Assembly (NCBI GenBank): GCA_905182575.1
Contig: CAJJCA010000008.1
Coordinates: 1,174-65,173 of the forward strand
From: an uncultured Flavobacteriaceae bacterium
Lineage (GTDB): Bacteria > Bacteroidota > Bacteroidia > Flavobacteriales > Flavobacteriaceae
Length of the DNA: 64,000 nucleotides
Reading direction: 5' to 3'
Below are positions 1 through 10,628 of this stretch, piece by piece (the stretch's first letter is position 1; each line of letters begins with the position of its first letter). The position numbers were made by a program, and so were the translations under genes. Below the pieces are notes generated by a model. That model was not told the DNA's origin and ran no database searches. It was given only the letters and a program-made list of their open reading frames with translations.

Positions 1-2715
1 GCGCTCAATTTGTTCTGGCAATTGGTTATATAAATCACCACTTGAGGCTAATGCTGTGAGGGTTTCATCCGGAGGTGAATTCCATAAAAAATAAGACAAT
101 TGTGAAGCCAAGTAAAATTCATCCTCTGATTTTTTTGATTCATCCGTTTCGGGCTCAAATAAGTAAATAAAATTAGGAGAACATAGCACAGCGACTAAAA
201 CTTCTTTAATACCATCCTCATAACGTTCAAAATCTTCTTTAATGCTTCTCCAGAAATCCATATATCGATTTAATTCACCTGAATTAAGTGAACGCCTGAA
301 AGCATTTTGTATAAATCGACTTAGGATTTCTTCAGTGTAAGTTTCAATATTCGCCTTATTTGGAGAATCAAAAAATATATTTGTGTGACTTTCTGGAGGC
401 CAGATGGGATAATAAGGTGCTTCAAACTCTACTGATTTTATAAGTAATGGTGGACCATTTAAACTACTTTCTTTGACCAGATGATTATTCCAAACTCCAA
501 CAGTTAATATGTTTGCCAATTCACCACTTACATTCGAACTTTCTAATGGAATTGGTAAATTTTCTAATCTACCCTTAAACTCAAAAGTTTGATGTTCTCC
601 CAATGGAATGTTGACCTCTTTGGATTTTCCAAACGTTTTATAATCTACCCCATCATCTGTCCTAGTACCAGCAAATACTTGAATCGAGGGGTTAACTGAA
701 GCATATTTGAATTCATCTTTATCATCTTCTTCTTTAAGTATTCTGGGTAATGGATCATCTTCATGTAAAGGGGTAAATACTATATGGCTAAATCCAACAA
801 AAAACTTTCCAGTAACATATCCTTTATGTTTCCCTTAGACAGGTATGCCAATGTGATTGGTGTTGCTGATTATCATTAGTTCTTTTAATTCTTTACTTAT
901 ATGCAAACGCTTAGAAATTACCCCCGAACGATCCCGACCCAAAGGATTTATTTGATAAGACGGCATCGCATCTTCCGATACATACGGATGAATAAGCTCT
1001 ATCTGATATATTCCAGATTCAGGTATGTCATAACGGAATTGAGTCCAAACATTATCAGCAACATTAATTGGTGTTAACCAGCGATTGTTTTTTAAGACTA
1101 AATTATTAGTTTTTTTTAAGTCTTTAGCAGCTACATAAATAGCTTTTGACGAATTTATGGTTGGGTTATCATTTCGTAAGTTAATCAGTCGCTCTTTAGA
1201 CATAGAATTATAACCTTTTGAAGCTTCAACCCTAAAAATAAAATCTCCTTTTCTTGGAAAATCTTCTTTGACTAATAACTTTAAATTAGGCGACGGTCCT
1301 TGCCATGACTTGGGCGTAACTTCCTTTGCAGGTAGAGCAGAATTTAAAATCAATCCTTCATTAACTATAGTGTATCGATTGCTTTCAGAGCCTCTCATTC
1401 CAATTCCAATCTTATTCTTTAACACTGTTAAGGAATCATTATTGTAATTTTTTGAATTTCGAATCGGCTTTCCGTCATGATTTAATACATCTACTATTAA
1501 ATCTTTATTACTTATTGAAGCGGTTTGATAACCCCCATATTCCGCACCTGTAACTCCATCTCCTATACCTTTCCCTAATGAAACTTTGTAACGCCTTGAT
1601 CTTGGTCTTTCTCCATGAAAAATTGTTTTATCTAAAGCTTCTCGAGCGATTTTTTGATAATAATCAATATGTAGCGCTGAGGTTTGAAGTATATTCCCAT
1701 TATTACTAAACCCCATTTTAGATTTTCCGTCATTAGGCAAGACATCACCAAAGTTTACATTAACACCAAGTAAATCATTTAACGAATTGGTATATTGCTT
1801 CTTTGTCAATCTACGCATTACAACTTTATTATCTTTCTGCTTAGCTAAAGCTGCTCTTTTTAAATTATTTGACAACCAGTTTACAACTGCAACACGGTCT
1901 TCGTCTTTAAGCTGTGTTTCTTCTTTGGGAGGCATCTCTCCTAAATTAATAACATCTAAAGCAGAGTGCCATCTTTCAGCGTCAGGTCCATTGATCATAT
2001 CCCAGTTCAAAACATCTAACCGCATGTCACCTTTTTGCTTGTCTTCCCCATGGCATTTAAAGCAATGCATCTCCATGATTGGCTTAATCTTGTTTTTAAA
2101 TAGTAACGCTTCTTTAGAAGTCGAATCTGTTGCTCTGTTAATAGCTAAATACTCAGCATCTCCATTGTCAACACCCAATACCGTTTTCATTTCCGAAGGC
2201 ATGTACTTCGTTAAATAGTTAGCCCCATGAGTTAAAGAGCCTCCATAATGACCTGCAAATAATAAAAGTGAAACATTTACTAATAAAAACATCTTGTAAA
2301 AACGTGTTACGCTGTTTGGTTTATTAGATGATTTTTTTTGACGCAGCACAACCAACCAAATGCAAATTAAAGCCGTAAACCAGCCCAACCATTTGTGAGT
2401 GTTCAACGTCTCATCATTATAATTCCCACTTGAAGCCAAAAGAAAACCCAATATAATTGTTGGAATGATGCTGATAACCGAAAACCAAAGTAAAATATTA
2501 CAAGCTGAATTTAAATTCAAATCTGGGCGAAAATCATTGATTATTTCCATTAGAAACAACACAACCAATGCCCCTATGGGAAGATGAAGGATTATGGGGT
2601 GAAACCTACCAAGAAAAAAAACAAAAGTATTTTCGACTTCGCCAGCTAATGGGATAAAAAGCAGCCCAAATAATAGAATGGTAGAAACAACTGCAATTGA
2701 TAAACTATTTTTCAT
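1..2715 (-). pseudogene. Membrane-anchored heme-c (CxxCH) protein of the PSCyt / DUF1592-DUF1588 type, interrupted by one in-frame TAA; C-terminus runs off the window
   Basis: ORF 835-2715 (626 aa) has several N-terminal hydrophobic helices, then a CFKCH heme-binding motif (2050-2064) in the CHGxxKxKGxxRLD context of Planctomycete-type cytochrome c domains. After a single TAA (835-837) the same frame stays open for 278 codons to the window edge. That stretch carries DUF1592/1588-like strings (VLCSPNFIYLFE, SYFLWNSPPDE). Confidence 0.6.
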
Positions 2716-2724
2716 GAATAGCAG

Positions 2725-3069
2725 TTATATTGACTCTAAGCTTTTGATTAACTCTGGTTTATTAAAAAAACTAGATGTATTAATCCACTTCGTACCTGCA
2801 TTTCCTAAATACAAGTTTATTGCGTAAATACCTGAATTAAAACCGACATCACTTTGAAGACGATTTGCTAGAGCCGTGACATGAAAACTGTTTTTATCTC
2901 TTTTCAAAGCTTTCAGAATAAATAGATTTGAAAATGAAAAATCACGATTAATCTGTTTTTTAATAAAAAGAATATGTTCATGCGTATGTACAGTTTATTT
3001 ATTAAAGATAACAAATAATTTAAAATTTAGAGCAGGTGTCTGTCGGAAGTTACTTCTCAAGTTTTCCAT
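2725..3069 (-). CDS. Hypothetical small protein; only 2725-2907 is open, but the frame extends to an ATG at 3067-3069 if an in-frame TAA (2995-2997) is ignored
   Basis: The ORF ends 9 nt upstream of the start of the 835-2715 gene, a spacing typical of co-transcription. I recognise no domain. It could be the tail of a degraded gene. Confidence 0.2.
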
Positions 3070-3092
3070 CGTGATGCATTCATTATTTTGAC

Positions 3093-5807
3093 CTAACTGT
3101 GAGAGTGTTTTAGATTTATTGTTTTATGTTTAAGGTTAAAATTATAATTCCCAGATTGCAATTTGGCATTGAACAAACCTTCTTTTTGTTCTAAAAAGTC
3201 AATGCCATCAGAACTGATCAAATCTTTGGCGCCTTATAGTTAATGATGCAGTGCTATTGGGAGGAACTGTTACTTGATAATCAATCACTCCATTATTTTT
3301 TTTCCATGAACTGACTATCTCTCCAAAAGGGCCATTGTGCTTTGCGCTAAAACTTTCTAACCCCTCCACAAAATGAGGTTCCAACAAAATGTTTTTAAAA
3401 CCAGGGTTTTGAGGATCTGGTTTTATTCCCCCCAAAGCTTTATAAAACCATGCACTTATTTCACCAAACATAATATGATTTCTTGACATTGCACCTTTTC
3501 TACTTTCATCTACTTTCCAATCCTCAAAAAGGGTTGTAGCGCCGCTTTTAATCCAAGCTCCCCAAGAGGGGAAATCTTCCTGTGTCGCAAGCTTGTAGGC
3601 TCAGGTCGGCATATCCATTTTCGCTTAAAGCGTTTAGAATGGTTTTGCTTCCTAATAAACCCACATCTATGTGGCTGTTGTCTAATATTACTCTTCTTTT
3701 TAAATTTAAAGCGACCTTTTCTCTATGATCTTCTGGTACAATTCCCCAAAATAGGGCAGTGCTTAATTCTGTTTGAAAACCACTCCCATAAATTGATGTT
3801 TTTGGGTTAAAATAAAGTGAATTGATTTTCTCTTTTATTAGTTTAGCTAGCGTTGAATATTTAAGAAAATCTTCCTCTTCTCCAAACATTTTTGCAGCTC
3901 TCGAAAGAATCTTCGCATCTATGTAATAGTAAATAGAAGAGGTGAATTCTTTTGGTGTTTTAGATTTTACGGGAACCCAGTCACCCAAACCCCAATTGGT
4001 TATGAATCCGGGGCTTATCTCTGTAATGTGATCCACATATCTTTTGATGCTGGAGTAACAGTCTCTTAAAAGTTTACTGTCCCCATAAAAAAGGTAGGTA
4101 TTCCATGGAATGATTGCGATACTGCTGGTCCAGTCAGGTCCGTTTGCCCAATGATACCCCCATCCACTAGTGGGAATGATGGCAGGGAGCACTCCATTGG
4201 GCTGTTGCTCATCACGATGATCGGCCAACCATTTTTCATAAACAGTAATTCCATCAAAATTAAAAAGTCCCATTTCGATTGCTATATGAGCGTCTCCAGT
4301 CCATCCATTCTTTTCACGCTGGGGACAATCAGTTGGGTATCCATATAAATTTGATAAATAGGCAGCATTGGTGGCAGTCCAAAGTTTATTGATCAAAGAG
4401 TTTGAACTCCTTATTTCTCCTTTGGCAGGAACATCACTGTGCATAAAAACTCCGGTTAGACTTTCCTCTGTTAATTCAATTGGCTTACTGCTCGCCACTT
4501 CAATATATTGAAAACCCTTGTAATTAAACTTGGGTGCAAAAGTTTCTGGTATATCCGCCTTTTAAGGTGTAGATGTCCGTTTGAAATGGGTCAGAGTCAT
4601 CAGTTGGGCGGTAGTGAACAATAATATTCGATAGGTCTATCTCTCCATTATCATCCAGTAATTCGGAGTGCGTAACTCTTAACACGGTTCCAGGTTCGCC
4701 ATTTACTTTAATTTTTGAAATTCCTGCGATATTTCTGCCTAAGTCAAAAATATATTGTTGCGGACTTATCTTATTCATTTTTACGGGCTGGATTTCCTTT
4801 ACGTGCTTTATTGGGTGAAGTGCTTGTGATACAATGTTTTTTGATGGGGCTGTAAGTATTGATGCTGTTTTTCCATTTGGAATCATCAAAACCAAATGTA
4901 TTCCATCCATTTTGTTCGAGTTGGGCATTGTAATGTTCTGCAGTATATATGCTGTTAAACACAAGAGCTCCCAATGAATTTTTCCAATTACTATTTGAGA
5001 CAATCGTTTCTACAGAACCGTCTTCATAGGTAACTTTTAAGTCCAAACAAAATTTCGGTCTATCCCTCCAAGAAGCCTTATCAAAATGCCAAACAGCTTT
5101 AGACTGATGATTAAACCATCCATTACCAAGCAAAACCCCAATGGAGTTACTTTTATCTAAAAGAGCAGTAACATCATGAGTCACATACAAGTTTCTTCGA
5201 TCAAAACGAGTGTAAGTTGGGTCAAGTTGGTGATCTCCAACTCTTTTGCCATTTCTTTAGAATCACATGATCTGAGATTTGAGTAAGTCTAGCTTTTTTT
5301 ATTTTTTTTTGAGCGCTAAATTCATATCTGAAATAGGGACTCTCCTTTTTGTTTTTATCCCAACTGTCAGAGACCCATGAGCCTTTCCAGTTATTAATGT
5401 CCATCATTCCCATTTCAAAACTTGCCAGCTTTTCACTTTTTATTTCTTTGGTTATTTTTATCCCAAACCTTCAACAACCAATAATATTTTTGATAGGGTT
5501 TAAGTTGATTCCCATCATAGACAACCATTTGGCTGGAAGAATTGATCTTTCCAGTTTTCCAGTAAGATCCTTTGCCTGCTGCAACTTTAGCAGAATCTGT
5601 TCCAACACAGATGTCATATGATTTTTGAATGGCTCCTCTTCGCGAATCATTTATTTTCCATGTTAACCTTGGAGCTTTGACATCAATACCAATTGGGTTG
5701 ACCAGATACTCACTTTTCAAATCATAGACTGAAGATTGATTGTTTTGAGAGTAAACTTCAAAAAAGAAGCACAGAAAAATAATTGTTATTAAACTGATTT
5801 TATTCAC
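3093..5807 (-). pseudogene. GH78 alpha-L-rhamnosidase, fragmented into at least 6 pieces
   Basis: Fragments 5433-5807, 5222-5413, 4771-5190, 4524-5003, 3548-4498 and 3208-3489 are colinear with a GH78 enzyme. They give a signal peptide plus N-terminal domain (LVNPIGIDVKAPRLTWK), a catalytic core (YPTDCPQREKNGWTGD) and a C-terminal beta domain. The last ~45 codons are readable in another frame down to TAG 3093-3095. Confidence 0.8.
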
Positions 5808-6211
5808 TTTAAGTATTTTTATTTGGTTTGTTATAATTTTATTATTTTGTTAAATTAATGATTTATTCACTGATTGAAATTTGCTGAATGATATCTTTTA
5901 CTATTAACACTCTCCTGCTTTATGTAACATTTTTTTACCAGAAATATTTTTTTTGTATCAGGGTTAGTACGCATCATTTTTAATAGCTTATTTGTATAGT
6001 AAATTATACTCGTTATTGTATGCAATTTTTTTTTATTTCAATTCGCAAAGCATCATGTTTAATTTAGTTTTTAGATCATTTAAAATCAGTGGCCTATTCT
6101 TGTAACTAGATGCATTTATTAACATCGTATTATTAGCTATATTTAAAATAAATATTATTTTAAATTCAAGTTTGAATTATGAACTTTTATAAATTAATAC
6201 TGCAATAATCG

Positions 6212-9200
6212 TTGAAAAAGTTAACCAGATTAATCTTACTATTAGTTTCCAGTTGTTTGATAGGGCAACAAACGCTAACTGTATCATTAACTCAGGATGT
6301 TCCTGTTGGTGAAAATGGCGTCGTGCAATTAGTGATTTTTCACTTAGTGGTTATAACGGCTCCACCACATATAAAGTTTCACTCTCTTCTACAGGGAATG
6401 CAAATGGAACTTTTAGCGTTCTTACAACTACAGGTTTGACCAGGGATTTTGGCTATAATTCTTGGACAAATATAACTGGAGTAAACTTTATTGGTACTCC
6501 ATCAAATATTGAAAGTGCGCATTGAACTCAATAAGATTGAATACTACACCTAACTGAGGGTGCTCAGATGATCCTTTCAGTCGTGATAACTCAATCAGAC
6601 CACAAGCAGTTATTATAATCCAACAAATGGACATATTTACAAGTATGAAGAAGGTCAAATTCGATTTTCCTCAGCAAGGAATGCTGCTTTAAATTCATTT
6701 TATGACGGGGTACAAGGTTATTTGGTAACTATTACATCTGCAAATGAACAAGAGTTTGTAAACTCAAAAATAAGCGCTTCCAATATATGGACTGGTCTGT
6801 CAGATCAGGGTTCGGAAGGCGTTTATAAGTGGTTAGACGGACCAGAGGCAGGCACAATAATTAAGACGCCGAGTGGAAATGTAGCCGGTCAATATAATAA
6901 CTGGTGCTCAAATGAACCAAATGATCACAGTTCATAGGAGAAGACTATATGGTTACTCGTTGGCAAGGAGGTAACTGTTGGAATGATTTTGGACCACCAG
7001 CATTTCCAAATTCTTCAAGTATTGGAGGCTATTTGAGTTGAATATGGTGATTGGACTGACCCAACTCAATCAACTTTTTCATCGACGGTTAATACTCAAA
7101 TAACTTTTACACAGGTAAAAACTGATCCTATTATCGGGTTTGAAAATATAACTAAGCTTTATGGTGATAGTGATTTTATTCTTTCTGCTACATCGTCAAG
7201 TACCGGGACTTTTACCCATACAATATCAAATACTAGTATAGCTCAAGTTAATGGTTCAACAGTCACTATTGGGAATGTTGGTGCTACTACGGTTACAGTA
7301 AATCAAGCTGCTGACAGCAAACACAATGCAGGTGTGGCCACTATGACGCTCACCGTCATTAAAGCCAATCCAGTAATTATATTTAATGACATTACTAAAA
7401 ATTATGAAGACCCGGATTTTAATCTTTCCGCAACATCGAGCAGTACTGGGGCTTTCACTTATACTGTTTCTAATACTGAAATAGGAACTTTAAGTGATAC
7501 AACCGTTAGTATTATTGGAGCTGGAGCTTCAATTGTTACCGTAAATCAAGCCGCTGACAGTAATTATAATTCTGCACTTGCAACAATGACACTTACAGTA
7601 AATAAATCTAACCAAGTTATATCATTTTTGGATGTAACCAAGACCTATGGGACCGGTGACTTTAATCTCTATGCAACCTCAAGCAGCACCGGGGTATACA
7701 GTTTTAGCATAACAAACAACGGTGTAGCTTCAGTAAGTGCTAGTACTGTTAGTTTAGTTGCTGTTGGATCTACAATTGTTACTGCTAATCAAGCTGCTGA
7801 TAGTAATCATAATTCCGGAACAGCCACTATGACTCTTACTATAACTAAAGCGAATCCTATTATAAGCTTCAATGATTTAAATAAAGAAATTACTGACCCA
7901 GATTTTAATCTTTCACCAATTTCAAAGAGTACAGGAGGATTCACCTTCAGCATAACAGACAATAACATTGCAACAATAAATGGAAGTACCGTATCTATTC
8001 TTTCTGCTGGAGCTTCGTTCGTTACTGTAAATCAAGCTGCTGATAGTAATTATAATTCTGGAACGGCTACAATTACGCTTAGTGTTAGAATGAATCCGAC
8101 GATAATCTTTAACGACATAACCAAGACCTACGGGGATCCAGATTTTGTTGTAAATGCAACATCAAATAGTTCTGGAGCACTAATTTATACGGTCTCAAAT
8201 TCAGATGTAACTCCTGTAGCATCGACAATATTTAGCATAAATGAAGCAGGAACTTCCATTGTGACTGTAAATCAGGCCGCTGCTGGTAATTTTAATTCTG
8301 GGATAGCCACAATGACACTTTTGGTTAACAAGGTTGACCCGATAATAGCTTTTAATGATTTAGAAAAGACTTATGGAGACTTTGATTTTAATTTGTCTGC
8401 GACTTCAACCAACTGGAGATTTCACCTTTTCTAGACTGTCTGTTCCATAGCAACTGTAAGTGGGAATTCGGTTACGATTACTGGAGTCGGTTCTACGGTT
8501 GTAACGGTGAATCAGAATGATGACAAAAATTACAATGCTGCCTCAAAAAAAATATTATTAACGGTTAAGAAAAGAGATCCAGTTATTAATTTTGAGAATA
8601 TAATCAAAGAAGTTAGTGATCCTGATTTCAATCTTTCCGCGACATCAAACAGCAATGGAAAGCTAACTTATAACATCATAAATGTTGAAATAGCAACTTT
8701 GTCAGGGACTTTAGTAAATTTAATTAATTCTGGGGAAACTGTAATTACAGTTTATCAAAATGAAAATTTGACAGATAACTCAGGAACTTTGTCAATTATC
8801 CTTAAAGTTATTGAGAGACTTGATACACCAGATAATGACGGAGTGTCTAACTTATATGATTTGGATGATGATAATGATGGGATATTGGATTCAGTCGAAA
8901 TGGGTGGTGATTTAGATAATGATGGAATAATAAATTCTTTGGATTTTGATAGTGATGGCGATGGTTGTTTAGATGTTGTTGAAGCAGGATATGCAGACGA
9001 TGACCAAGATGGTAGGGTAGGCAACTCTCCTATTAAAGTAAACAGTGTTGGATTGGTTCAAAATGTAATTGCTTATCAAGAACCTTTAGATTTAGATGAA
9101 AATAATAATTATGATTTTTTAGATTTTGAATCAGAAATTAATTACGAAGAATTTTCTCTACCTAATGAAATTAGTTTTGGGCTAAATCAAGCTATTATTT

Positions 9201-9682
9201 TAAAAATTGCAACGGATAATTCTTCAGGATTAAATTATCAATGGCAAGTAAGTACTGATCAGGAAAGTGCCTTTGAATATATTATTAACGAAGGTAATTC
9301 ACTTACTGTTAATCCAAAATATTTTGATGATGGAAACTTTTACAGAGTTATTATAAATAGGCCTTCCTATGTTTGTGATATTCCATTTATATCAAATAGT
9401 ACTAAAATAGTATATGACAATATATTTATTCCGAGTGGTATTTCTCCAAATGGAGACGGTGTTAATGACTTTTGGGAAATTATCGGTTTAGGAAATTTCC
9501 CGAATTCTAATGTGACGATTTTTAATAGGTTAGGGGTTAAGGTTTTTGAAAGTAATGACTACAAAAATGAATGGAATGGTTTTTATAGGGGAAGTTCACT
9601 TCCAGATGGAACCTACTTTTATCAAATTAGTTTGAGTGAAAACGAAATTAAAAAAGGATTTATTTATGTCAAAAGAAATTAG
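6212..9682 (+). pseudogene. Large T9SS type-B-CTD surface protein (signal peptide, C-type-lectin-like domain, 7 tandem 81-aa repeats, Asp-rich Ca-binding repeats, sorting domain), frame-disrupted
   Basis: TTG start with signal peptide MKKLTRLILLLVSSCLIGQQ. A lectin-like segment lies at about 6640-7040 (WTGLSDQGSEGVYKWLDGPEAG, NNWCSNEPND, CWND). DxDxDG-type repeats span 8822-9022 ([20 protein letters not shown]...DSDGDGCLD). The C-terminal gliding-motility/CHU_C-type sorting domain ([12 protein letters not shown]...DGTYFYQ) lies at about 9420-9679. The frame is lost several times in 6212-7330 and again near 8420-8510. Confidence 0.75.
7094..8785 (+). repeat. Seven tandem coding repeats, period 243 nt (81 aa), inside the adhesin gene
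   Basis: Unit starts are at 7094, 7337, 7580, 7823, 8066, 8306 and 8540 (spacings 243, 243, 243, 243, 240, 234 nt). Each unit encodes ATMTLTVxKxxPxIxFxDxxKxYGDxDFxLxATSxSxG ... VTVNQAADSNYNS. The copies are diverged, not identical. Confidence 0.85.
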
Positions 9683-9717
9683 AATCTCTTTTAAAAATTT
9701 TCCTATTTATTTGAAAG

Positions 9718-10626
9718 ATGATTCTTGTCATGACCTCCTCCATGGTTCACAGTCAGCAAGAGGCTTCTTTTTCGTTGTACATGTTTAATCACCAGCTAAT
9801 AAATCCTGCCTATGTTGGTGCGCAAGACTATACTCAAATAACAATGACAAATCGCTCTCAATGGCAACAATTTGAGGGTGCACCCATAACGCAATCTTTT
9901 AATATAGGTCACAGATTTCGATCTAAAATTGCATTGGGAGCTTCAGTAGTTCACGATAAGATAGGACCACTCAAAAACACAAGTGCCTCTCTAGATTTTG
10001 CCTACCATCTTAATCTTAATAACAAGAATTTAAAATTATCTCTTGGACTGAAATTTACTAGAAGGTATAATTCTCTTGATTATAGTATTATAAATCCTTT
10101 GGAGGACTTTGATATCACTTTCTCAACACAGCCCGAAAATGATTCTAAAATTAACTTTGGTACAGGGTTTTACCTCCACAACGAAAAATTTTATTTAGGT
10201 GTAGGAATACCCAATATATTAGAAGATGATTTAGTTGGACTAAAAAGAAACTATTACTTAATAACAGGAGGATTAATTAAATTAAATAATTCTTTTCAGT
10301 TAAAGCCTAGTTTGCTTTTTCAAGCAACACACGGAAACGATTTAATTTACGACAATAGTATTTTGGTTATATTTAAAAATGGGTTCTGGCTGGGGCCGCA
10401 ATACAGAGCTAAAGTAAACAGTTTTCTTCCCAACTCTAAGAACTCTGGATATTATGGAGTTATTGCTGGAATCCATTTAAATAAAAATATGAGTTTGGGG
10501 TATGCTTATCAAGGTAGCTTGGCAAACCAAGCTATTGGAATCACTAACACTTCTCATGAAGTTTTATTGCGTATTCACTTGGTTCCAAATGCGAAAGGGT
10601 TTATACGTTCACCAAGATTGTTTTAA
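9718..10626 (+). CDS. PorP/SprF-family T9SS outer-membrane protein
   Basis: The 302-aa ORF has the family-typical N-terminus (FSLYMFNHQLINPAYVGA), a beta-barrel-like pattern and a C-terminal F. It sits directly after the type-B cargo gene. The signal peptide looks truncated: an in-frame TGA (9712-9714) separates it from an upstream hydrophobic stretch ([13 protein letters not shown]). Confidence 0.8.
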   Translation: MILVMTSSMVHSQQEASFSLYMFNHQLINPAYVGAQDYTQITMTNRSQWQQFEGAPITQSFNIGHRFRSKIALGASVVHDKIGPLKNTSASLDFAYHLNLNNKNLKLSLGLKFTRRYNSLDYSIINPLEDFDITFSTQPENDSKINFGTGFYLHNEKFYLGVGIPNILEDDLVGLKRNYYLITGGLIKLNNSFQLKPSLLFQATHGNDLIYDNSILVIFKNGFWLGPQYRAKVNSFLPNSKNSGYYGVIAGIHLNKNMSLGYAYQGSLANQAIGITNTSHEVLLRIHLVPNAKGFIRSPRLF

Positions 10627-10628
10627 AC

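Noticed and set aside
7094-8785. A regular 243-nt periodicity that might suggest a CRISPR-like or satellite array.
   Set aside because: The units are contiguous with no spacers and are diverged. They translate into a coherent 81-aa protein repeat within the adhesin ORF.
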